Part shown: in pieces, positions 12,601 through 25,774 of the stretch
How positions within the stretch are numbered: position 1 is the first letter of the stretch
Layout: every line of letters begins with the position of its first letter
Source of the DNA: Streblomastix strix
Lineage: Eukaryota
Length of the DNA stretch: 32,028 nt
Reading direction: 5' to 3'
NCBI GenBank assembly: GCA_008636045.1
Contig: SNRW01000070.1
Coordinates: forward strand, 1-32,028
Program-made: the position numbers and the translations under genes
The notes under the pieces: model-generated
Databases searched by the model: none
Told to the model about the DNA's origin: nothing
What the model saw: only the letters and a program-made list of their open reading frames with translations

Positions 12601-15600
12601 AAATCCAAGTAAGAATTAAAAAGAAGGAAAATGATCTAAAAATAAGAATAGTTATAAAAATAAATGAAAGAATTAAAAAATTCTAATAAAGATATTGATT
12701 CACCCAGTAGTAGAATAAACAAAGGTGGATCTTATAGAAGAGTTTATAAAGGGAATACCCCAAGATCAAACAGTAGTATAATCAGTTCAGGCACAGAGAA
12801 AAGCTCAGATAAATCCTTAAGCGAGAAATTGAGTCAGTTTGAGCTAGAAAGCAGTATTGATGAGAATAACCAGAGAACTGAGCTTGAATCTGAGTAATAA
12901 GATTTGGATATTGATGCATCTTAGCTGAGAACAATGAGAGAGATGGAGAAAGAGGATAGATAAAAAGTTCAGAAAGTTAAAGAAAAGAAAATTTTAAAAG
13001 AAAAACCTTAGCTGTAGATTGAAGTTAATGATGTAGATAATAATAATAATAATAATTATAACTTGATTGATAAAGAGAAAGAGAAAGAATAAGATAATGT
13101 TAACCCAACTGATAAAGAGAAAGAATAAAATAATCAGACAATTTAACCTGGTTAAAAAGGTTTCCGACTTCCAACAGTCATTTCAAACGAAATTGATCAG
13201 CACTTGCTTTCACCGTCATCTTTGCGAGATACGCAAATCAATAATTTTGATATCAATCAAACAAACAACTCAAATGATTAATAATTCAGCACAAACACTT
13301 TCATCAAATAGATCAAGCAATTAATAATAACGCAATATGACACAGATCAGACTTTCATTATTCCGATGATGGAAATCAAACAGATTCTGAAATTCGATCC
13401 AGAAATTGAATTAGAAAGGCTCCGTTCATTGATCAACTATGACACAATTGCAACAGCACCACCTGAGATACTTAAATAATGGCAACTTCAATTTGCACAA
13501 CTTTTGCCCATTTTCCCGACTTTCCAGGACAATTTCGTGCATGAACTTCGATTAGAAGCTGAGAAGAAGATTAAAGAGGTACTTTAATGGAGAGCAAAAG
13601 AATAAGCTGAGAGATAGATGATGAATACTGAAGATTATATCGCATTGATGGCTTCTGAAATGATCGTTAAATAAGAAAATGAAAGAATTGTTGCTACTTT
13701 TGAAGATAGCAGAGGGAAAATAGCAATGAACTAATGGGATAATGAATTTAAAGAGTTTAGTTTGATGAATGATGAAGATAAAAGAGCCAAATTTGTGATG
13801 ATTTAGTTGATTAGAGAATTTCAGGAAAGGTAAATTATGGAGATAGAAAACAGAATTGGGAAGAAAATGGTTGAATTTATGATTAGGGAAGCTAGAGAGA
13901 GGTAATTGATGGATTTTTAGAACAGATTGGCTAAAATTGCTGTTTAGATGTGGATTGACGAGTTTAGAGAGAATATAATAATGCACGAATAGGATTAATT
14001 ATCAACAATCGCTGTAGAAATGTGGATTAATGAAGAAAAAGAAAGATAAAATTGGAAAGATGAACTTGAGTTAGCATAAATTGTGATGGAATAACTTGAA
14101 AAAGAACAAAAAGAAAGATAATTGATGGATGAATAAAACAAATTAGCTAAAGCTGCAGTCAAAATGTGGATCGACGAGTTTCGAGAGAATAAGACTATGC
14201 ATGAATAGAATCAATTAGCTAAAATCGCAATTGAAATGTGGATTAAGGAAGAAAATGAACGATAAAATTGGCTAATTGAGCTTGAATTAGCTTAAATTGT
14301 GATGGAATAACTTGCGAAAGAGAAAAAAGAAAGAAATTTGATGGAAGATGAACAACAAATAAGCCTATTTTCAACTAAATAGCGAGTCGCAGAAGAAGAT
14401 GAAACTCAATTTATGTCAGATGAAGATGAAAGAGCTTTGTTTATTGCTTAATAATTAATCAAAGAGTAAAATGAAAGAAAGAAGATGTATGAAGAACAAA
14501 AAAAGAGTAAACTATTGACTCTTATGATGGGTCGTGAGCAACGAGAAAGGAAATTAGCAGATTTTGAGGATAGGTTGAGTAATGAATATAGAAAATGGTA
14601 TTTAAAAGAAGAATAAGAAAGATTAATGATGGGTGAAGAAGAAAAAATATCTAAATTATTATCATAGAAACGTGAGATTGAAAAGAAGAAATAAGAAGAA
14701 GAAGATCGAAAGAAAAAAGAAAAATTAGAAAAGAAGAGAATTGAAGAAGAATAAAAAAGATTGAAAGAAGAAGCTAAAAGAATTTTAAAAGAAGAAAAAG
14801 AAAGAAAAGCTAAAGAAGAAGCAGAACGTAAATAAAAAGAAAAAGAACTTCGTAAACGTATGGAAGAGGAAGAACGGAAATTAATGGATGAAGAAGATTA
14901 ACGAGCGAAAGCTGTTGCTGAATACTTAAAATAACTTGATCGTGAAAGAAAGAAACGTGAAGAATAAGAAAGAAAGAAAATGGACGAAGAAGATCGTAGA
15001 GCTAGATAGATATTTGAGATTATAGTTAAATAAGAGAATGAAAGACGAGCTAAAGAAGAATTGGAAAGAAAAATAAAAGAAAAATAAGAAAGAAAGAAGA
15101 AGGAAGAACTGGAAAGGATACATATGGATGAAGAAGATCGTAAAGCGAAAGAGATACAGGAATGGCTTAAAAAATAAGAGAAGAGTATAAGGTAGAAATT
15201 TGAAGAAGAGAAGAAACAACGTGAATTGATTGAAAAGAAATAAAAAGAAGAATAAGAAAGGAAAAGAAAGGAAGAACAACAAAGAAGAGATAAAGAAGAA
15301 TAAGAAAGAAAGTTAAAAGAGAAATAAGAAAGAAAGAAGAAAGAAGAAGAATAGCAAAGAATAAGAAGAGAAGCAGAAAGAAGGATGATGGATGAAGAAG
15401 ATCGGATGGCATAGTTAGTGATGGAGAGAATCAAATAAGAGGAGATTGAATGGAAGAAATAAGTTGCAGAACCGAAAAGAAGGGAATTTAATAGAATACA
15501 GATTGTATATGAAGATGAATTAGCTTACTGGGTTCGAAAACCGCTTATTGAGATGAATAGAGCATAACTTAGATCCAGTTTACCACTTGAACATAAAGAA

Positions 15601-18600
15601 GATAAATAATTGCTAAAATTCAGATATAATCTGTGTGATAGCAGGTTAAAACAGATAAGAAATAGACTTTCTGATATTGACAAGATAAAAGATAAAATAA
15701 CCGATAAACAGCAAAAATAATTCTTAGAAATTGAGAAGAAAAGACTTGAAAATGAGAAAAATAAGCTGAAATACGATTAATTTGCACTGAAATTGCAGCC
15801 ATTCCGCAAATTCTACGATGCCTATGCTGAAGTTAAAATTGGGAAGAGAGAAAAAGAAGAAATATATCTACAAGTTCCAAAAATAAACTACAATTTCAAC
15901 TTTGAAAAAGATTGGTACGGTTCTGGAGACATGCTAAAAAGTCCTAAATAGATAATGTTTGATTAAACACAAGATGATAATCAACCTTTAAACTACGATT
16001 TATCACTTCAACTTCTAAATGACTAAAATTTGACCAAAATCATAACATTGGAAGAAGAAGATAATTTCAGAAATGTTAAAGTTGATGAAACAAAGAAATG
16101 GAAGAATTTGTATCAATTAACTCAAGAATAATACAGAGATGATTAAGAAGAAGAAGAGGAAGAAGAAGAAGATTAAATTGGATAAGATATGGATTAATTT
16201 AAAAATGGAACTGAATCAGAAGAAGAATAAGAGAAAGAGATTGAAAGAATAATGCAAATCCATAAATAACGAAAAGCAAAAAGAATTATTGAAAAACAAC
16301 AACTTTTGGAGCAGAAATCTAAAAACTCGCGCAGGGTTATTTTAGGCGACTGGTTTATGAAGGACGAAGCTTCTGTTGATCAGAATATTGAGGATTCGAA
16401 CTCAGAAGCGGAAATGGAGCAACTTTTCCAGGAAGAAGCTGAGAAAAAATATGAAAAAAAGTAATAGAAAATTTAGAAAGGAAAAGAATAATAGGCTCCA
16501 GAACCGCTTTAAACTAATTAAATAGCAAATATTAACAGTAATAAAACTTCTAATTCATAATAATCACAACAAACTTAGCCAAAAATTCAAGAACATGAAT
16601 CATCGCTTATTTTCTCATTGAAGACAGTCATTGACAAATTCAAGACAGATAAAGACAAAGAAAAGATTAAATTCAATATGACTCAAAGAGAAGAAGATAA
16701 ACTCATATATGATATCTTAGAAAAGGGCTCAGATGAAGATGATAAAGAGAGAAGGAGGTTTGAAAGAGAAGAAAGAAGAAGAAAGAAGAATATAATTAAA
16801 GTATAACTTATTCAGAATCAGAATTAATAGATGAGTAATAAAGAAAAATTTAAAGGATTGAAAGTGGATTTAGTATCTGATTAAAATAAAAGAGGTGAAT
16901 GGAATAATTAAAATAGTGATAGAAATAAAGAAGGAAATTAATAGAATAATTAAACAGCAGCTGAAAGATTCAATCTTTTTAAAGGAGTTTCATTTGGATT
17001 AGAGTTTGTGAGTTAGAATGATAATGAAGAATCTGATAAGATAAAAGTACCTGTTGATTATGATGAAGTTTAATTGGATGAAAATGAAGATGCTATTAAT
17101 GTAACTACAATAGGTAAAGAATAAGGGAAAGATGTTTAATAATAGTTATTTGCACAAATGAGTCCACTTAAAATTACTAATACTAATTCATTAACTTCAC
17201 TTCGTACATACATTTATCCATTAAATTTATGGGAAAAACAATCATTATATATAAAACCATATCCAATCAGAATAAAACAGCTTGATCAGATCCAGTAGAA
17301 TTATCACTCAATTATGTCTCCACATCCATTTAGCCCATAGCTAAGTCCATAATAATTCAACTCATAATCTCCACTTCAGTAATACTAGATCTCACCACAT
17401 CAACAGATACAATCAACATCTTTCTATGCATCATCATCTTCTTCGTCCAATCAATTTTCGTTCAAGGATATTTATGATGATGAGTCAGTCATTTCAACTG
17501 AACTGGTGGTTGATGCTGTGATCAAGTATAATCCACCGCAGAAGGCTAAACCCATTACATAAGAGTAAGAGCTGAAGAATTTGATTCAGTAATATAAAGC
17601 AGCGCTGCAATCTAAGAATTTAACCTAGGTTAAAAAAATCAATAACCAGTTCATGGATGTTTTCACAAATAGATAAACTGTATCTAAGATCTCTTTCTTA
17701 CACGACGATGAATTCGTTGAGCTTCTTATGAGTCTTATTGGTATTAAACCAACTGGATTTCAACTTATCTACGTATATACACTTACATTACTCACACGCA
17801 AACAAGAGAACCACCAAGCTTTCATCAAATACAAAGCCATAGATATGCTGCAGAATTTAATGTAAAGCGTATCAACAGCTGGATTGGCAACATTGGCTGT
17901 GGCTGAAGCTATCGCTTACTTAGCTCCTGATCCATACATTCGTCCTCAGTTATTAAAAAATCGAGCTTTGTAGTATATTTAATAAGTACTTCGTATATAT
18001 GGTAAAAACGATCCATATATAGCGAGATATGCATCATTATTCATGTATACATTGTTAAATCACGAGATTGAAGTAGAATCAATTGATAAAGAGCAACTTC
18101 CATGGGCAGTTGAGATGTTGCTTGTATTAATAAGACCTGAAAATTCACCAGCTGATGATGTACTCAAAATGTCTGTGTATACATTAAATTTGATGGCTAC
18201 AAGAGCTGATAGGCCAAAAGATCCCATAATGAGGGATGTTCTAAAGAAAAAGGATTCGGAAATGTCTCCTAATATGAATAATAAAGATAAATAAGCGAAT
18301 CAAAATAATAATAATTCATAATTAAATAAATAGCAGACTTTCTAAGAAGGAAGTGGTGTAACTGGATAAACAAAAAACTTAGATGAATTATATCAAGCTC
18401 AGTAATAATAAATGACTCATCTATCACAACAGTATATTGAAGCTCTGATTACATCTGATGCTCCATAGATATTACTTGATGTTATCAGACAAAATGGAGA
18501 TACTTATTTTGATGTCACAGCAAATTGTGTATCTATTTTATTCAGAATAATAACACGCACTCCTTTCAATTCTAAGATATGGATGTAATATGATCCTATT

Positions 18601-21600
18601 CAGGTGTTGTTCTTGGTTCATCCATAGTTTATACCTGATGAAATTGAACTTGCGAATACGAATGACAAACAGAAATTATTCAGCGCGTATAATAAGTTTG
18701 CGGTATATACACTCTCATTAATTGTAAATATATACGAGCTGAAGCCTTATGAAACACTTCCAATACTTGCTGAACTAGATGCAACTCCTCTACTTGCCAA
18801 TATAATCATGAGAAAGCCAGCTTGGCACTAATATGAAGACTGTCAGATTGTTTTGGCACTTTATCTGCTATTTTAGTTAACAAAAAGGGGTTATTTTAAC
18901 CCTGAAATTGATAGGATGAATCTTGCATAGGCTTTAGTCATATTGATACAATAGTATAATCACAAGTTTGATATTTTTAATAATTGGATTTTATATAGAA
19001 AAATATATAATATTTGAAATAATATTCAAAATTTTAATTTATTTTCATTATTAAATTTTTTTCCCTATATACTATTAAACAGGAACATAGGATCATCCAA
19101 ACGTGTAATAAGCAACGCAGAACGCGCACAAGTTCACTGTTGTTGTCTGGGCATCTTATCTTTCCTAGTTGAAAATGATAAACAAATCTGCAATTAACTA
19201 ATTCAATCATAAACACCTATAACTAAACTACCTTAGAATTAATCCGATCAACAACTAAACTAATAATAATCACAACAGTAAATAAAAACACCATCAAAGA
19301 GACATTCCCACAGAACATCTCCAACTCATTCCCCTCAGACATCAATTGTAAATAATCCATCAACTCCAAATTAATTTTCTCCATCTCCTCCATCCAAACA
19401 TTAATCACAAACACAATCACATCATCATTAAAGTTCACCTTCATAATCTTATTCACCTTCTTAACCCTTCTCTCCATTGATGATAATGTCTCCTTCATTA
19501 TAATCATAGATGTCTTCTGGTGCAAATTCAACTGCTAATTCTCCGAAATAGAGCCGTTATAACTCTATTTCTAATATCCCTATTTTGTCTACTAATGCTG
19601 TTCTGTAAGGGAATGCTTCTCTTCTAAACACAGGAAATGCTTCCCTTATATATGCCGGGAATTCTGGATTAAATTCGGCATAAAATACTTAGAATTCAGT
19701 AAGTTCGGTTTCACATTTAGTTCCACAATCAAACAATATAGCATAATTATCACAAAGACAATTTCAGTCAAACTAATAACTTAATTGCCTAACTTTTAAT
19801 GCTACTGATTTAATCAAGCGCTCTTTAACAGCCATTACTAATTCATCATCTTCATCACAATTGAATGAAATATTAGCCGCAGAAGCATCAAATTTCGTTT
19901 TGAATCCGAGCAACTACACTTCAGGAATAACAACTACAAAAAGTACTGCCTAGGTTCCAGATATATTAGAAACTAATGGTCCTAGCAGATCTAATAGCCA
20001 GATGGTATTGTAAAGTGACAATAAATAGTTATTTTTGAATGAAAATATTGAAATTGTGACAAGCAGCACCAATAACAATGAGATAGATATAATATACTAT
20101 GGATTATGTATACTCAAATAGATTATATCAAGTGATGAAAATGGATAATTAATATAGAAATTAATTCTTGATGACATATTTTCTAGCATATCTACAGTTG
20201 GTAAGTAATTGTTGGATTTCAGTTCATCGTTCTACAAACAACAATTCAACATGAAGCTTGGCTAAGTTAATCAAGAGAAGCTTCGGGATAATGAAAGACT
20301 GCAAAAGGCTGTGATCCAACAACAATTGCAGATTAAATAAAAAGAATCAAAATACAAAGAATAATATATATTGATGGCAAATCAATTAGTAAAAGAATAG
20401 CTGATAAAAGAATATACAGTAAATGCATATTCGAAATTATTTGATGATGGTATTATGATACCTATGGTTTATTAATAATAAAGTGAAAAACAATTAGAGT
20501 AATAATAACAATAATAATTTCCAATTTCTTCACCTAGTCCAAGTAAATTCAGTTAAGCAAATGAATAAGATAAATTAAATGCAGAAGATGGAATTGATTC
20601 TGATCGATCATCTTAATATTCAAAGAACAGTTCAAACAAAACAAAGAATAAAACCTCTAAAACTAAATTATAGTCTAATGAGGAAGTCAAAGTTAAAAGT
20701 GATAAGAAAGATAAACATAAGGAAAAAGATAAAGATAAAAGTAAAGATAAAAAATCGAATTCTGACAAACACTCACATTCAGACAAGAAGAATGAAAAAG
20801 AATCAAAAAATTCAAATACATCTTCTCCTTCTTTTTCCTATGCAACAATCAGTTAACAAACTGTGAGTAAAAGTCCATCTATGATTTTGAGTTAGAATCA
20901 ATCATTATAATCAAATTCGTAACCTTAATAAGCATAGCAATTAAATTAATAAGCTTAGTAATATTTATCACAAATAAATTTGAATTAAACCTAAATTACA
21001 AATCAAAATTAAAATTAAAATCCACAGCACCTGTCATCATTATCTTCAAATCAATCTGTAACTTCTTTGCAATCAACTTTCACATTACAAACAGTATCAA
21101 GCTCAAATTCACTTAGAAGAAAATCTTTTTATCAGCTTCAACAATAATAAAATCAACCTTAACATAAATCCCAGCTAAGTTTCTAGTAAACTGGGCAATA
21201 ATAATTACCAACTCTATTACAATTAGTATATTCAAAACAAAGCAAACAGTTTTTTTCGTCTATAAAATCACCAAAAGAAATATAATCTACTGTTCCATAC
21301 TCATTACAAAGCCAGCACTTCAAATACAATCCACTTGAGAAGTTCAGAATTATAGCAATTAAAGCTAAGAATATGGCGAGATATGGTGCATTGGATGAAC
21401 GTGAAAATAGTGAAAACATGATCTTAGTTAGACATTCGAGGATGATTAACAATTTAAGCATGTAGAATATTAGCAAGTAATAATAATAAGATGAAATTTA
21501 ATCCTAATAATAATTATTATTATCACCTGTAGAATAAACTCGTAAGTTGATTAAATCACCACCACAATACTAATCAAATTAAAGTTTGAATCAAGGAGAT

Positions 21601-22938
21601 GATGTAAATAATTGGAGTTTGAATGAATAGAATAATTAAAGTAATAATAATAATAATAATAATAATAATATTAATATTAATAAAAAGAATTAAAACAGAA
21701 ACAGTATTGGTACTGCTTATCCATCACCAAGAAATAAATCAGATGTAGATTCAGGTAGAAGAAGAAATACATATGATACTGAGTAGAACTAATAAATGTA
21801 ATAATAACAAGATAATAATAATAATTCTAATCCGTCAACATAAGGAAGCCAGAGCGCTGTTCTTAAACCAATAAATTATAGGAAAAGCAATACTGTATTT
21901 AACATACAGTAGCATTAGCATCCACTTCAATAATCACAAAATGCTGATGTTGAAAGCTAGATCTAGTTGTAGTAATTGTAGAAATAGCAATAAATGTAAT
22001 AATTATAGTAATATTAATAATAGTAAAGTTAATCTTTAAATCCACTTATTGTTAAATCTCCGCCATTTTCGATTCTATAAACAACAATTTCTCCATAGAG
22101 TGAACATTTGCAATACCTTACTTCTTCTAATTAAAATTAAACATAATCATAACAGATATAAACCAATATTGAAATTTTAGGAAAAACATCGCTTAATGAT
22201 CAGTCTTCTTTGAATGTCCAACAAAACCAGTCATAATCAACAATCACTTCATCCATATCACAAATTTCTTCATCTTCACAATAATCATAGTCCTTATATT
22301 CATTGCAAAATTAATCATTACAAAATTAATCAACATAACAAACTTAAAATTAATAACAAATATCAATTCCATATAAATGGACATCTGAATTTGGAACAGC
22401 ATACTTAACACTGCTTGAAACATGCAAACCACTCGCTTTAAAAGAAAGAATTGAACAAATTTTCCTTGTTTTGAGTTAATTGATTTATTAAATAACTAAA
22501 AAATTAACTGATGAATAACGAGAAAAATTTAGTGGTGATAATTCAAAGATTATACCTTTGTTATTGCTGATTACACAGAACTACATTCGGTCATCAGATT
22601 ATCTTACATCTCCGAATAATGAATTGACTCCTATAACAAAAGCTAAAAAATTAACATAACTTATACCATAAAAATCCACATCTTCATTACAATCAGTCCA
22701 ATCAAAATAATCAAAATAATCCCAACAGAGTGATTAAAACTCCTCTTTTCCTAACAGTCTTTCAGAGGAGGAAGTTTCTACTGGTGGATCTAATTCGTTA
22801 TATGCGCTTGATATTGTGGAACACTCGATGCAGGCACTTCATAAGCTCAATCTTGGGAATAAGTGGAAGGATGAGTACAAGCAGACCAGACATGATGCTA
22901 AGAAGATATTTCCAGGTAGTAAAGTATTTAAAACGTGA
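9615..22938 (+). CDS. Giant (~3,800 aa) protein: N-terminal pseudokinase, helical repeats/E-K-R helix, ARM-like region and long Q/S/N-rich tail
   Basis: Phase-consistent exons: 9615-9655, 9980-10038, 10110-10128, 10239-10343, 10423-10513, 10785-10860, 11020-11062, 11177-11231, 11312-11388, 11526-11583, 11739-11827, 12030-18965, 19083-22938. Kinase motifs VAAK, REY, IHRNICEDN, KIADYG, IAPE, VDIWALG and LWDLLMKMLNIDRTQRISAENALKHEYF. Ends KVFKT-TGA. The first exon is least certain, and the two long exons were scanned mostly but not exhaustively. Confidence 0.85.
10551..10778. repeat. Intronic 26-nt minisatellite, about 8.7 copies
   Basis: Unit TATTTCGTACATTTTTATATCAATAT (with G/A and T/A variants) starts at 10551, 10577, 10603, 10629, 10655, 10681, 10707, 10733 and 10759. 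Confidence 0.95.
11843..11901. repeat. Intronic 21-nt tandem repeat, about 3 copies
   Basis: Unit TATATAACTTTATTAATTTAA inside intron 11828-12029. Confidence 0.8.
13897..14334 (+). repeat. Coding 216-nt (72-aa) tandem duplication built from 24-aa subunits
   Basis: ERQLMDFQNRLAKIAVQMWIDEFRE...ELELAQIVMEQLEKEQK at 13897 is repeated as ERQLMDEQNKLAKAAVKMWIDEFRE...ELELAQIVMEQLAKEKK at 14113. Confidence 0.9.
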
Positions 22939-23193
22939 TATATTTTTTTCAAACTAGAACTTTGTAATTAGAGCTTTGTATTTTTAATTTATTCTTGTTT
23001 GTGTACATCTTTTATTCTTCTCTTTTTCTGATAGTTATGTATTCAATATATTTATATAAACCGTCATAATAAATAGTACTGCATTTTTATTTACATTGCA
23101 TCTTTAGAAGAGCTGTTAGGTGCAGTTGCGAACAAATATTTTGGTGCTGATTGGCTTTTATTGCCGATAAAACTACCAAACACATTTCAAACA

Positions 23194-24805
23194 ATGAACC
23201 CTGAAGAAAAAAAGTAACTCATTGAAAATTCTGTCGGACACAATGATAATCGTGCAAAAACCGAGGTTTGTAGAAATTGTTTTTCGGTATTTTACTTATT
23301 TATTTTTATTTTTTACTTTTTGCAGGATGTAACTCTAACGAAAGGATAATCATTCGACGACTATGGATTGTAACGCGAATTAGTGATGGGTATATACGCG
23401 ATGGGGTTTGAAAACCCGTCACCGGTCCAGGAGGCTGCAATTCCTTAAATTTTGGCTGGTTATCATCTCCTGGCCCGTGCAAAGAATGGAACCGGTAAAA
23501 CTGGTGCGTTTCTAATTCCTGTTCTTGAAAGTATCAAGCCAGATAAACCCTATGTATAAGGTATGCTTGGCTATTGCTGGGGAGAATTTATTTTTTTCAC
23601 TCTCGTTTTTTCTTGCATCTGTTTCAGCAATGATATTGGTTCCTACAAGAGAGCTAGCTGTATAAACATATTAAACTGCAAAAGACCTTTCAAAATATAT
23701 GCGCGTGCGAATTCAGATGGTAACAGGTGGAACTTCGGTTCAAGAAGACATTTTGCAGCTTAGGAACCCTGGCCACCTGATAATTGCGACTTCGGGGCGT
23801 TTATTGGATATGTCATCCCGAAAAATTGTCGACTTAAGCCATTGCGGTATCTTAGTGCTTGACGAAGCCGACAAAATGCTCACGTACGATTACATCACAG
23901 TGATCGAAGAAATTCTCTCGTACTACCCTGAGCAGAGACAGATCCTACTTTTCTCCGCCACATTCCCTATCTAAGTGAAGCAGTTCAGTGATAAGTACAT
24001 GCCCAAGAAGGAAGAAGTCAACATGATGGAGCAATTGACTCTAAAAGGAATAACATAGTACTACGCCTATGTTGAAGAACGGCAGAAAATAATGTGCCTT
24101 GATGCGCTCTTCGCTAAACTGAACATAAACCAAGCCATGATCTTCTGCAACAGCGTCCCCCGTGTAGTCTTATTAGCGAAGAAGATCATCGAGATGGGCC
24201 ATAGCTGTTTCTACTTACATGCGTAGATGCCCATGCAATAGAGAACAAGAGTATTCCACGATTTCCGTAATGGAGTAGGTCGTAACTTAGTGTGTTCAGA
24301 TCTACTTACAAGGGGTATTGACATCAAAAACGTGAACGTGGTCATCAACTTCGATATGCCGAGGACGTCTGAGACATATCTGCATAGAATTGGAAGAGGA
24401 GGTCGATTTGGTGGTCTTGGAATAGCCATCAATCTAATCACAGCTGAAGATAGACATGCGCTTTATAAGATTGAGAGAGAATTAGGTACTGAGATAAAGG
24501 CTATTCCAACTGTAATTCCACCTGAGCTCTATGCAGCTAATGGTGATGGAACTGGAACTGTAGAGTAAGAAGATACTGAAGCTGATGCTGGAGATGAATC
24601 AATTACTGGTACTTCTACTGGATAAGGTGATGTAAAGATAGGAGTATAAATAACAGAATAGAATAGCAAATCTGATGGTTAGTAATAAGCTGGAGAGAAG
24701 AAAGGAAGTAATTCCAGTGATAAAGATGATACTAATGTTGGTGGTGCTACTTCTGGTAATACTGAAACTGAAGCAAAAGGGAGCTCTGATGATGGAGCAC
24801 AATGA
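23194..24805 (+). CDS. DDX6: DEAD-box RNA helicase DDX6/Dhh1; exons 23194-23265, 23326-23560 and 23628-24805
   Basis: KTEDVT, Q motif [54 protein letters not shown]-like [31 protein letters not shown] and [12 protein letters not shown] are characteristic of Dhh1/DDX6. Introns 23266-23325 and 23561-23627. Acidic/Gly-rich tail, then TGA at 24803-24805. Confidence 0.96.
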
Positions 24806-25261
24806 AATTGAGGATATTTTGATAATGAAATGAGATAAATGAAGAGGAATAAAAATATTGAAATTATGAATAGAAAGTTAATTTGACTTTAGTTTGTTTA
24901 ATCATGCGATATTTGAATTGTTATGTATTGTTATTGTATTGTATTGAACACTTTATAGTAATTTGGCCTTATTTTAGTTTTATTGTAGCGGTACATATTA
25001 TGTTCGTGCTCGTTGTTCTTTTGAGCGAATATTGATCTATAAACATTACAAAATTAAATTTTTTGATCTTATGATTTAATTTTTATTTATACGTTATGTA
25101 ATTATGGGAAGAGTGACTTTAAAAATGGTGAGTATATCAATACTTAAATTATAAATGTCTTGCCGAATATCTGGTTTAACATATTTATTCTTCGATGAGG
25201 TAGAATATAATATAATGATTGTTCAAATTTTTCATTTTTATATTAACATGATTTAATAGAA

Positions 25262-25534
25262 ACTTCTGAAAAGTTAATTAAATTCAATAGTATATCAAAA
25301 TAACTTTATAATATATGTTTTAATAATTAGCTTTAATTACAAGCAAAAACAACACCAGTTAATTAGCCAATTGAACAAATAGAAGAAGAAGGTGACTTAG
25401 AAGAGATAGAAGCTCATCAATTTAATGGAAGTATTGATAATATCAAGTTTGGAGCAAATGAAGCCAAATATGTTTTGTAATACATTCAAATTGATTAGAT
25501 TAATCCAAATCCATGGTGGTACTGGCTATTTTGA
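25262..25534 (+). pseudogene. C-terminal fragment of an 'EEQIEEEG' family gene
   Basis: Reads ...PIEQIEEEGDLEEIEAHQFNGSIDNIKFGANEAKYVLQYIQIDQINPNPWWYWLF-TGA. No frame-consistent upstream exon was found. Confidence 0.6.
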
Positions 25535-25774
25535 TCTTAAAAGATATTTTTAATTTACGCACTTTATTTATATTTTTTATTGAAAATATTATAGTATTTT
25601 ATTATTTTAATTTTATATCTTAACCGTAACTAATATTATTTAATTGATATTTAAAATTCTTTGACAATAAACAAATAATAATCATTTATTTAACAATTTC
25701 TTTATTAAGTATATATATTTAAAAATAATAATGATAAATTACATTTATTCAACAAATATTTATATTTGTATTCA

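Noticed and set aside
320..15434. Minus-strand F/S/L-rich ORFs in the track (e.g. 320-724, 2476-2709, 13552-13986, 14898-15434) that look like membrane proteins
   Set aside because: They are antisense shadows of E/K/R-rich plus-strand coding sequence.
18966..19082. End of the giant gene at a TGA near 19015
   Set aside because: That TGA lies in an AT-rich GT-AG intron, and splicing restores a 3.9-kb open exon.
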